Virus record (IMG/VR): IMGVR_UViG_3300044267_003210
Location: 1-26,441 of that record
DNA from: a virus
Taxonomy: Duplodnaviria > Caudoviricetes
Strand: one strand, 5' to 3'
Length of the DNA: 26,441 nt
Position numbers and translations under genes: made by a program. Below, piece by piece: positions 8,023-16,900 of the stretch; the stretch's first letter is position 1, and every line of letters starts with the position of its first letter. The notes beneath the pieces are model-generated. The model worked only from the letters and a program-made list of their open reading frames with translations. It had not been told where the DNA came from and did no database searches.

Positions 8023-8383
8023 AACCCCAATAGATAATAAAGACCGAGTAGGGGAAACCCTTGGGAGTGTTGGTCCTTTAGTAAAGGTCACATGGAATGA
8101 CGCAGCCAGTACATTTAAACAATATAAAATAAATGGCTCTAACCCTTCTGAACATCTAACTGTGTGTGAAACAGTAGGGGAATTAGTAGCTAAGGATGAT
8201 AAAGCTTTAGTATTAGTTATGCATGGGTCTCAATGTGATGGTGTAGATATAATGGCTATACCTCGAGATTGGACCCAAAAAATAGAAGTAATGGAGATAG
8301 TAGGAGAATGTATTTCAGAGAATTTGGAATCCCAGCTAGGATTGGAAGATGCTATAACATCGACCAGCTCGAAGAAAAAATAA
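8000..8383 (+). CDS. Conserved phage hypothetical protein, probable Sm/SH3-like barrel
   Basis: VKVTWNDA...CETVGELVAKDDKALVL...MAIPRDWTQKIEV pattern, common in small phage proteins. AGGAG RBS upstream. Confidence 0.55.
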   Translation: MSYKKGDRTPIDNKDRVGETLGSVGPLVKVTWNDAASTFKQYKINGSNPSEHLTVCETVGELVAKDDKALVLVMHGSQCDGVDIMAIPRDWTQKIEVMEIVGECISENLESQLGLEDAITSTSSKKK

Positions 8384-9378
8384 AGGAATTCAACGGTAAA
8401 AAAAACTGTTACACCAGTGTGTATGTGTTTGATGATACGCAGGACAAGACAGAGGGTAAAACCTTTTATGACTCTGCTGTGTTAAATACTATATGGTTTG
8501 ACTTTGATGATGAAAAGGATATTAAAAAATGTTTAATGGACGTAAGAAGATTTATAAGACAGTACTGCAAACCCAACGGGATTATACCAAGGATATATCT
8601 TACAGGGGGGAAGGGCTTTCAAATGAATATAGACCTGTACTCCCACGTGGACTTGTCGGATACTATCAAAAGAGACATGCTAAGAAATTACTTAACATTC
8701 TTAAAGAACAAATATAAACTTAAAACCTTAGACCAAGCATGTATAAACAATAGCGTAGCTTGTTTACGTAGGATACCCAACACTCAGTACATATCTAAGA
8801 TAACTAATGAACCTACTGGTGTGTGGTGTATACAACTAACTGTTAATGAAGTTATGAAGATGTCTGTAGAGGAAATATATGGTATGGCTGTCGAACCACG
8901 AACTGAGGAGTTTGAGTCTACTAAAAGTAAAAAAGCATATCGTCACTTTGTTGAGTATATGTGTGACGAACACGACATAAAGCATAACGTATCTCTTAGT
9001 GTAGCTTATCTTTTAGATAAAATTAACAATGTTATAAGCCCTATTAAGCATACCTCTATACAGCATGATTATATTATGCCCCCTAGAAAGTGTATAATAG
9101 AGCTTATAGAGCATAATATAGAGCGTGGACATAGCTCCCATGAGGAGAATAAGATTATTGGTATGGAGTTAATCAATGCTGGTTACTCCAACCGTGACAT
9201 TCATTTTATATTCGAGAGTATCTATAACGAGCCGGGCCGAGACTGGGGTTGGTATACTGAGAACCCAGACAAAGCTGGACACATTATTCAGAACATGAGA
9301 GAGAAAGCTTTAAATAGGTATTCAAAGGATAAGTTAATACAAATGAAAGTATGTGCAGGAGACTGTGCCTGTACATAG
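8308..9378 (+). CDS. Archaeo-eukaryotic primase, PriS catalytic domain fused to a PriL-CTD/PriX-like domain
   Basis: Motif I WFDFD, motif II YLTGGKGFQ, motif III region LDQ...LRRIPNT. C-terminal PPRKCI...GHSSHEEN...AGYS..DI..IF...YSKDKL...CAGDC. ATG 8308 (MYFREFG) is preferred over TTG 8269. Confidence 0.85.
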   Translation: MYFREFGIPARIGRCYNIDQLEEKIKEFNGKKNCYTSVYVFDDTQDKTEGKTFYDSAVLNTIWFDFDDEKDIKKCLMDVRRFIRQYCKPNGIIPRIYLTGGKGFQMNIDLYSHVDLSDTIKRDMLRNYLTFLKNKYKLKTLDQACINNSVACLRRIPNTQYISKITNEPTGVWCIQLTVNEVMKMSVEEIYGMAVEPRTEEFESTKSKKAYRHFVEYMCDEHDIKHNVSLSVAYLLDKINNVISPIKHTSIQHDYIMPPRKCIIELIEHNIERGHSSHEENKIIGMELINAGYSNRDIHFIFESIYNEPGRDWGWYTENPDKAGHIIQNMREKALNRYSKDKLIQMKVCAGDCACT

Positions 9379-9389
9379 GAGAAAAAACA

Positions 9390-9758
9390 ATGGCTACATT
9401 GAAAAGATTAGAGAAACGTATGAACGAAGTAGAAGGCTGGGTAAAGGAATTTAATAATTCTAATGGACCTAAACAAACCATGGATAACTTAAACTGGTTA
9501 GTAGGACAAACTAGACAATTAGGTGAGAGACTAGCAGCTACTGAACAACAAGCAATGCAAATGCAACAAGCTATAGAACAAAATGGTCAGATTGTAAATG
9601 ATTTTGTTGAGAAACACGAATTAGTACACGATTGGCAAGCATTTATAGCAGAACTACAAAAGGAGCAAGAAGATGCCGTTCAAGAGTCAGAAGCAGAGAG
9701 CTTGGATGTACAAGAACAAGCCGAAGATGGCGAAGAAATGGGAAAAGGAGACGCCTAA
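9390..9758 (+). CDS. Coiled-coil protein with acidic tail
   Basis: AGGAG RBS before ATG 9390. Heptad-rich Q/E/L sequence. Confidence 0.7.
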   Translation: MATLKRLEKRMNEVEGWVKEFNNSNGPKQTMDNLNWLVGQTRQLGERLAATEQQAMQMQQAIEQNGQIVNDFVEKHELVHDWQAFIAELQKEQEDAVQESEAESLDVQEQAEDGEEMGKGDA

Positions 9759-9834
9759 AGGCTCCAAACTCCCAAAGAAAGTTAAATCTAAAGGCAAAAA
9801 GAAAGCAACGAAACGCAAATATAAGCGTAAGTAA
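9673..9834 (+). CDS. 53-aa highly basic phage microprotein (MPFKSxKQR family; not in ORF track)
   Basis: MPFKSQKQRAWMYKNKPKMAKKWEKETPKGSKLPKKVKSKGKKKATKRKYKRK*. AGGAG RBS at 9661-9665. The N-terminal pattern is recurrent in phages. Confidence 0.8.
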   Translation: MPFKSQKQRAWMYKNKPKMAKKWEKETPKGSKLPKKVKSKGKKKATKRKYKRK

Positions 9835-9865
9835 TATTGGCGAAGACAAAAAAAGGTGAAATATT

Positions 9866-10207
9866 ATGGCAGTAATAACTATAACAGTAGACGGAAATGC
9901 CGGATGTAAAGCAGACGTATACGTAGCACGCTACGAAGTCTATCCTAATACAGACCCAACTGGTGTATGTGTAGGATTTAGAGCTGTATGCAGTCCGAAT
10001 GGTCTGTCTGGATATTGGGACACTGTTGTCCCTAACGCAGATATATCTGAAGGTGATACACCTAATGATATAGCAGGATACGCATGGAACGGAGTTACCG
10101 ATTCCATTACCGGTCTATCAGGAACTATTGTTCCGTGGGCTGAGACAGAAATGGTTAAGAGTACAATCATTGGTGAAGAATTCGCTAAGATTGAGGAGTC
10201 TGGTTAA
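9866..10207 (+). CDS. Hypothetical acidic protein (113 aa)
   Basis: AGGTGA RBS upstream and clean ORF. No motif recognised. Confidence 0.75.
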   Translation: MAVITITVDGNAGCKADVYVARYEVYPNTDPTGVCVGFRAVCSPNGLSGYWDTVVPNADISEGDTPNDIAGYAWNGVTDSITGLSGTIVPWAETEMVKSTIIGEEFAKIEESG

Positions 10208-10262
10208 TCATGTGCTGTAAAAAAGGATGTGAGTGTACAGATTGTTGTACAGAGGATTAATT

Positions 10263-10418
10263 ATGGCTAAGAAAAATACTAAGAAAGTTGAAAAAGTCAT
10301 TGAAGAAATCAAAGAAGAAGTGCCCGAGGCACTTACATTTACTGAAAAAATAATTGCCCGTAGGGGTAAATCCATAACCGTGAGAACATACTCTGACGGT
10401 AAGGTAGAGGAATTATAA
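10263..10418 (+). CDS. Small hypothetical protein (51 aa)
   Basis: GAGG RBS before ATG 10263; MAKKNTKKVEKVIEEIKEEVPE... Confidence 0.65.
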   Translation: MAKKNTKKVEKVIEEIKEEVPEALTFTEKIIARRGKSITVRTYSDGKVEEL

Positions 10419-10420
10419 AT

Positions 10421-10564
10421 ATGGCTAAGAAAGCAAAAGCAACAAAAAAGGCTGAGCCTAAACCTAAAGTGAAAAAGGAAGAAAAGAAAGAGATACCCAA
10501 ATGTGAAGGTCACTCTGGTCCACCATGTGCAGACCCAGATTGCCCAGAATGGGGTAGATGGTAG
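10421..10564 (+). CDS. 47-aa Lys-rich microprotein with C-x2-H-x4-C-x4-C motif (not in ORF track)
   Basis: MAKKAKATKKAEPKPKVKKEEKKEIPKCEGHSGPPCADPDCPEWGRW*. GAGG RBS upstream. Confidence 0.7.
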   Translation: MAKKAKATKKAEPKPKVKKEEKKEIPKCEGHSGPPCADPDCPEWGRW

Positions 10565-10572
10565 ATTTTTAG

Positions 10573-10665
10573 ATGGGGTTATTAACGACCCTATCTCGCT
10601 GTGAGTGTAATCCCAAAGAGGATTGCACTTGTGGCAAACGTGTTTTAATAGACTATAAGGCATAA
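10573..10665 (+). CDS. Possible 30-aa CxC-x5-CxC microprotein
   Basis: MGLLTTLSRCECNPKEDCTCGKRVLIDYKA*. Starts 8 nt after the previous stop; the RBS is weak. Confidence 0.4.
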   Translation: MGLLTTLSRCECNPKEDCTCGKRVLIDYKA

Positions 10666-10678
10666 CTTTTTATAGTTA
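10662..10678 (+). promoter_or_regulatory. Archaeal TATA-box promoter for nrdJ
   Basis: TAAC-TTTTTATA-GTTA about 45 nt upstream of ATG 10716, with a GGAGTGG RBS. Confidence 0.5.
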
Positions 10679-10715
10679 GAAAAACTAAAGTAATGAACCG
10701 CATTGGAGTGGTAAA

Positions 10716-12581
10716 ATGTTTAAAAACGAAGTAGCAGAATTTATATATAAACGAACGTATTCACGTTGGCTAGATGAAGAGGCCCGCAGAGAAGATTGGC
10801 CGGAAACAATTGAAAGATTTATTGAATTTATAATTTTAAAAAACCCAAATATACCTGACAAAACAATTAATAAGATAAGAAAGTATATGACAAAATTTGC
10901 AGTAATGCCCTCCATGCGATTTTTATGGGCCGCTGGTCCAGCTGCTGAGTTTGATAACACTTGCATTTATAATTGTGCATTTGGAAAAATAAACACAGTA
11001 GATGCTTTTGCTGAATGTTTATATATATTAATGTGTGGAACTGGTTTTGGTTTCTCAGTGGAGAAAACTGAGGTAGAAAAATTACCTGAAGTACCTACAA
11101 TTAAATCAGGTCAAGGTTTACCTAAAGAAATGATAGCAGACTCTAAAGCAGGGTGGGCTGATTCAGTAAAGACCCTGATGAACAGTCTCTATAAGGGACA
11201 AAATATTTATTTCGATTACTCAGAGATTAGACCTGAAGGTGCTCGACTAAACACTATGGGAGGAAGAGCATCAGGTCCCCAACCTCTAGTAAAATTGCAT
11301 GATTTCATACGTGAGACCATGCACAACGCCCAAGGTCGAAAGCTCACGACACTTGAAGCTCACGATATATGTAATCAAATTGCAGAAATAGTAGTCGTGG
11401 GTGGAGTTAGACGCAGCTCACAAATCTCTTTGAGTGACCTTGATGACAAAGAAATGCGTCACGCTAAGGAATGGCCTTTCCCTATTAAACGTGCTATGGC
11501 AAATAATAGTGCGATATTCAGGGAAAAGCCTTCCGCAGCACAATTTTTAAAAGAATGGGCTTCATTAGCTCTATCAGGCACTGGAGAAAGAGGTATATTT
11601 AATCTTAGTGCTGCACAGAGCAAAGCACCATCAAGACGTTACGCTCCTCTTATCCAAGGAACTAATCCTTGTGGAGAAATAATGTTGCGGGATATGGAAT
11701 TCTGTAACCTTTCGGAAGTAGTAATAAGAGCCGAGGATGATTTAGACTCCTTGTTAGACAAAGTTGAGACAGCAACGTGGCTTGGTGTAATACAAGCAAC
11801 CTTTACGGACTTTCCGTATCTGAGAAAAGAGTGGAAAAAGAACTGTGACGTAGAACGGCTTCTAGGTGTCAGTTTAACCGGTCAGATGGATAACCCTTCG
11901 GTTCTCACATCGGAATGCTTAAAAGCGCTTAAAAGCCGTGTTTTACGCATATCTCGTAAAGCAGCAAAGGTACTCGGTATAAATGTGCCTGTTGCGACCA
12001 CTTGTGTTAAGCCATCAGGAACTGTTTCACAGCTTGTTGACTCTGCGTCTGGCGTCCACCCAAGATACTCTCAATACTACATACGTCGTTACCGAATTGC
12101 AGCCCGTGACCCATTATTTAAAATGATGAAAGATGCAGGTATAAAAGCATCACCAGAAGTGGGGCAAGATAAAAAGACAGCTACCACATGGGTATTAGAG
12201 TTTCCAGTTAAATCTCCCGAGGGATGTATAACCCGTAAAGATGTCTCAGCTCTTGAGCAACTGAGCCATTACAAAAACTTACAACACAATTGGTGTGAAC
12301 ATAACGCTAGTATGACTGTGTATGTTAGAGACGATGAATGGTTTGAAGTAGGTAATTGGGTTTATAAGAATTGGGATATCATTAATGGAGTATCCTTCCT
12401 ACCATACGATGGTGGTAAGTATGAATTAGCTCCTTATGAAGAAATTGATGCCCGAACCTACGAAAGGCTTATAAAGAAACTCCCCGTAATTAATTATACA
12501 CAACTCTCTCAATACGAGTTAGAAGATACTACCCAAGGTAAAGGGGAGTATGCTTGTGTGGGAGATAGGTGTGAAATTTAA
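10716..12581 (+). CDS. nrdJ: Class II (adenosylcobalamin-dependent) ribonucleotide reductase, RTPR-like
   Basis: RTYSR, PSMR, YNC, GTNPCGEI (thiyl Cys), FCNLSEV, TCVKPSGT, and C-terminal redox pair CVGDRC. No beta subunit gene is adjacent. Confidence 0.94.
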   Translation: MFKNEVAEFIYKRTYSRWLDEEARREDWPETIERFIEFIILKNPNIPDKTINKIRKYMTKFAVMPSMRFLWAAGPAAEFDNTCIYNCAFGKINTVDAFAECLYILMCGTGFGFSVEKTEVEKLPEVPTIKSGQGLPKEMIADSKAGWADSVKTLMNSLYKGQNIYFDYSEIRPEGARLNTMGGRASGPQPLVKLHDFIRETMHNAQGRKLTTLEAHDICNQIAEIVVVGGVRRSSQISLSDLDDKEMRHAKEWPFPIKRAMANNSAIFREKPSAAQFLKEWASLALSGTGERGIFNLSAAQSKAPSRRYAPLIQGTNPCGEIMLRDMEFCNLSEVVIRAEDDLDSLLDKVETATWLGVIQATFTDFPYLRKEWKKNCDVERLLGVSLTGQMDNPSVLTSECLKALKSRVLRISRKAAKVLGINVPVATTCVKPSGTVSQLVDSASGVHPRYSQYYIRRYRIAARDPLFKMMKDAGIKASPEVGQDKKTATTWVLEFPVKSPEGCITRKDVSALEQLSHYKNLQHNWCEHNASMTVYVRDDEWFEVGNWVYKNWDIINGVSFLPYDGGKYELAPYEEIDARTYERLIKKLPVINYTQLSQYELEDTTQGKGEYACVGDRCEI

Positions 12582-12583
12582 AC

Positions 12584-12859
12584 ATGGAATTTGAAAAAGA
12601 CATTACAGGTTATGGACGCAAAATGGGTCGTGACGCAGGACTTAATTCTGAGGGTAGAATAGATTCTGTCGTTAAACTTGGTGGTGGAGAGTTCGAAGGT
12701 ATGCAACCAGCTGGAACTGTAGCAGTCAGAACTATGAACCCCGGTGGTTCAGAAACATCTGGTGGTGGTGCAAATGCTGGTGACTACGCTCCTTCCTATG
12801 GTAGAGATGATGGTGTCACTGGAAATCCACGTGGACCCCCAAACATGAACACCCCTTAG
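12584..12859 (+). CDS. Gly-rich, probably disordered hypothetical protein (91 aa)
   Basis: Starts 2 nt after the nrdJ stop with a GGTG RBS. Its stop codon overlaps the stop of the converging gene. Confidence 0.65.
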   Translation: MEFEKDITGYGRKMGRDAGLNSEGRIDSVVKLGGGEFEGMQPAGTVAVRTMNPGGSETSGGGANAGDYAPSYGRDDGVTGNPRGPPNMNTP

Positions 12860-13908
12860 CTATCTTGTTGTTTAATATATTCAGCGAGAGTCGGTGGTTT
12901 TTTATTTATATTTATTCCCACAGAGTAACCTCCCGGAGTAAAAGCAATCTTTTTACCACGAATCCTGTAGTTGCCTGAATATTCTTGTTGGTCCGTGCTA
13001 ATGTTTACTACATCATTTTCAGCTAAATAAACACCTTCTAGAGTGTCTATACCATATTCATATTGAGCTTCTAAATTAGCTCTAAATATTTTTTGAGCAA
13101 AGTCCCTACAAGCAGCAGGAGATTCAAGGTTTTTATTATCAACTTCTAAGTAACTTACATCCAAAGCCTTACGAGCTCCCTCGTGAGTGAAAGTACCCTT
13201 TACTTTATTTTTTCCCGTTACTATAATCATAGTGGGTATTTTTTTATTAATAATTTTTAAACTTGTAATATTATCCTTACTGTTAAATTTATATGTTATA
13301 TCAGAGGTTTTTAAATCACTTTCTAACTCTATAACCAGCTGAGATTTTTTACCGTCATCTATTACCTTAAGTATATTAGGTCTCGGTAACTCTCCTGAAT
13401 CATCTACGGCTCTTTTTAATAATTCTTTTATTATATCTAATACTGCGTAAGTTCCTCTTAAAGGAGGAGCAGAAGAACTAATTAAAGGAGAAGTGTCTCC
13501 TATACAATCGGTTCCTATTTTAGAATCCAACTTAACCATTTTTATAGCTTTTCTAATAGCATTACCAGCAGTAAGACCATCAAGATTATCCTCCTCAGTT
13601 AAAGCTAATATAGCTTGGTCTGGACTACCTCCTAAGACCAAATATCCTAAAACGTCTTGAGCCATTATCCTTATAAAATTAAATCCTTTTTTCACTCTTT
13701 TAACATAACCCCTAAACAAAGGAGTACCACTCTCTTCGTTGATATACATAACAACTTCTTTGTTCCATAATTTCATTTCATTACCATAGCGTAAAGGAAT
13801 CTTAAAATCCATAGAAGCAGCACGTAAGCCTCCTGTATTAGTTAAAGCTCCATCTAAAAAGGTTACTTCTTTACCATCTATAGTAATTTTAGGTATAAGT
13901 CTGTTCAT
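12856..13908 (-). CDS. Tail tip/baseplate hub protein (gp27/Mu gp44/P2 gpD-like)
   Basis: ITIDG..., LFRGYV...IMAQDVLGYL, and C-terminal ENDVVNI...SGNYRIRGKKIAFTPGGYSVGININK. Last gene of the tail operon. Confidence 0.7.
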   Translation of the reverse strand: MNRLIPKITIDGKEVTFLDGALTNTGGLRAASMDFKIPLRYGNEMKLWNKEVVMYINEESGTPLFRGYVKRVKKGFNFIRIMAQDVLGYLVLGGSPDQAILALTEEDNLDGLTAGNAIRKAIKMVKLDSKIGTDCIGDTSPLISSSAPPLRGTYAVLDIIKELLKRAVDDSGELPRPNILKVIDDGKKSQLVIELESDLKTSDITYKFNSKDNITSLKIINKKIPTMIIVTGKNKVKGTFTHEGARKALDVSYLEVDNKNLESPAACRDFAQKIFRANLEAQYEYGIDTLEGVYLAENDVVNISTDQQEYSGNYRIRGKKIAFTPGGYSVGININKKPPTLAEYIKQQDS

Positions 13909-16900
13909 CAGCTATTCCTCCTAGTGGGAAAATATCTGTCATTAATTTACCCGAAGTATCTAATAACGCAATACCATCAACACCTAAAGTAAAAGTGTAG
14001 TTAACTATTCTACGCGGTCCTCCTACCCCAGCTGTTTCATTAATATTTTGAACTACTCCAAACAGTCTTAAAAATGTACCATCCTTTTGTGGCTCATCCC
14101 AATATACCCTACAATCCTGTGCTTGAATCTTACGGAGAGTGTGTAAATGTCCATAAAGAGTGGAAGGGCCTTGGTTATCAAAAGCTTGTGAAGTGGCAAC
14201 ACTTTCATCACCCAACGCCACACTAGTAAAACCAACCTCCTGCAACTGAACCCCTGTTTTAGTAATAATAACCTTTCCTTTATGAGTAACTGCTTTATAA
14301 TAAGTACCAGCTCTACCCACATTAATACTACTAGTAATAGCTAGAGAATTTAAGTTGTAAGCTGAATCATCTATTACTCTAACTACAGCACTTGAACTTT
14401 GATTAGCATCAAAAATATTCCATAATTCTGGATGTATATAATCACTCCCTAATTTCATCGTACCAGACAAACCTATTTTTACAGCATATTTTTGTTGATT
14501 ACGCCATGAAGCTTCTATACTTTCTCCAATTCTGTCTCCTCTCGAATCGTCAGGGTATAATGTATATTGGTTAGGGAAACCATCTGATGGATATTCACTA
14601 TCAACTCCTAAAAGTTTATGTGCAGTTCCACCACTAGGTAAATAGACTTTACTGAATCCTGTAAAGGCATTATACATATTAATACGCCTTACAACAAATT
14701 CAATATCCCCACTTAAACTTTGACAACTATCTCTCAAAGATGCCGAACTATCTCCTATATGGAAGTATACAGTATCGTCACCATCCCATCCATCATCACC
14801 ATCTTTAGTTAACCAAAAGGCATTTTTATCATAACCAGCTGGTGAAGTAATTTGAGCAATATATTTAAAAGAACCTATATCAACAGCATTTAGAGCAGTT
14901 GTGTAGGTTTTAAATTGAGAAGATATGTCTCCACTAGAAGTTCCAGTAATTACGAAATAATCACCAAACTCAGTTCCAGTTTGCACTGAACCAGAGACAC
15001 TTCCTGACATTATTCCAAAATCATAATCATTACTACTCGTAACATGACCAATCTTTCCTCCAGCCAAATCTTCTAAAGTTACGCTATTCCAATTATCAAT
15101 CATATCATAAGAAATAATACCACTCTTAGATAAACTACAAGAAACTTCTGAATATTTATCATTAGTGGTATCTCTATACTCTTTACTGGATGCTGTTCCG
15201 TCAGTAAATTCTACAGGTTCCCAATAAGCATTCATTAATCTATTACCTGAATTTTCAACCTTTAACAAAGAAACAGAATCGATACCCCATGGAGGGGCAG
15301 TGGAAATAGATGATTGTAAATAAGGAGCATAATTAGACATATTAAAAAACAATTTGTCAGTCTTAGAATCAAGAAGAACTATTAAATATTCCTGCAAGGG
15401 AGTAGTCCTGTCATTATTCTCCATATCTCTCCATGTGTGGTCATTAGTGCCGCTTAGACTTATTTGACCACTGCTAGAGTTTTGTAAATTTTGATTAGTA
15501 TAGTCCTTACTATTTGAATCAGCGTTTGTAGCACCATCATCTAATATTTTAGTAGGATTACCACGGGCATCACTTGCACTAGCATCTGTAGTACTGCCGG
15601 GGTTTTTATTCCATGAACGTACAGGAGTTATCCTAAACACATTAGGCATATGTAATGGATTCTTATAACTGTTAGCCCCTGCTTTACCTTGACTTCTTAC
15701 TAAATAATATTGGTCCATAAATCTACCAAAATCATCTAGAGGAAATTGGTCCTGAACATATGTGGTAGCATCATTAGAAGACCATGCAGCAGAAGTGTAA
15801 TACCACGGGTTATAGGTACTTCCTTTGTTGTAAGTTAAACCATAAGGATTTAACATGTAAGTGTAAGCTAAAGATTTAGTTGAAGTAGTGGTTTCTGGAT
15901 AAGTAAATTGCCAATAGTTGTGAACGTGTGTATCAGTACCATGGAAAGTATAACCACCGGATTTAATAACTGCTCCACTATTATGAGAACCAGATGCGTT
16001 AATAAACCCACGCGTTACATTAAGTAAAGCTGTAGAAGAAACGCCATCATAATATATCATTTCTCCACTATTAGAAGCTTCTGCGGCTATAGATGCCATC
16101 CCAGAAGCAGGAAAACCAGTAGCGTCTGTTACAGGTATTTCTGTCGCAGTCGCGTTAACTCCAGCACTTAAAGTACTAGAAGCACCAGAAGTAGCCCACC
16201 CATTAACTGGAGAGAACCACATCTTACCTGTATCGTAAAAATAAGAAGATATAGAAGCATTAGAAGCAGCAGGTCGACTCTGAGAAAAATCAGCTGTAAT
16301 CAAACGGTCTGCATCATTAGCTCTTTTTATAGGGTCACCTGCCGTTACATAACACACAGGTAAACCACGACCAGTAATATTACCATTCCCATATCTTGAA
16401 CTGGCTGTAAATAAACCAATTTTTAATTTATTCAAAGCTGCATTTTCGGTGAACGACGTCTTACCAGACGCACCCATATATTTAGGATTTTTATAAATAA
16501 CTTCTAAAACACGAGCAACACTAGCTCCTGATATTAAAGGACCGTTTGTAGCTGAACCACTTTTTAATACATCTTTAAGTCCTGTGTTACCAGTCAAACC
16601 TGTTCCAGATAATATACAAGAAAGAGTTTGAACCACATGTTCCTCACCTCCAGATGGAGCTGACCAAGAAGTATTAGTCATAGTACCTGTACCATCAATT
16701 ATAGGTAAAGCTAATACACAAGTTATGTCTACTTCAATAGGACTAAAATAAGCTAATTCAGTATCAGTAAGAGTAGGCATAATACAAATATATAATTTAC
16801 CGGGCCCACTATCTTCAAACACACTATTGTCTATACCTGCTTTGGCGTCTGTATTATTAACACGTGTTACTCCTGTTACGGCAGAATCAACCATAGGTAA

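Noticed and set aside
9632-9859. 75-aa Arg-rich ORF in the track
   Set aside because: It has a TTG start and no good RBS. The 9673-9834 ORF in another frame has an AGGAG RBS and a recognisable family pattern.
10565-10715. Cobalamin riboswitch or tRNA upstream of nrdJ
   Set aside because: No B12-box consensus and no cloverleaf or T-loop GTTCRA were seen; only simple hairpins.
63-10966. Short minus-strand ORFs in the + module (e.g. 63-332, 2448-2666, 3032-3256, 5887-6279, 10208-10663, 10685-10966)
   Set aside because: They are antisense shadows of well-supported + strand genes and have no motifs.
3619-12581. Inteins or introns in polB, primase or nrdJ
   Set aside because: Protein lengths are compact, motifs are contiguous, and no intein splice junctions or LAGLIDADG blocks were seen.
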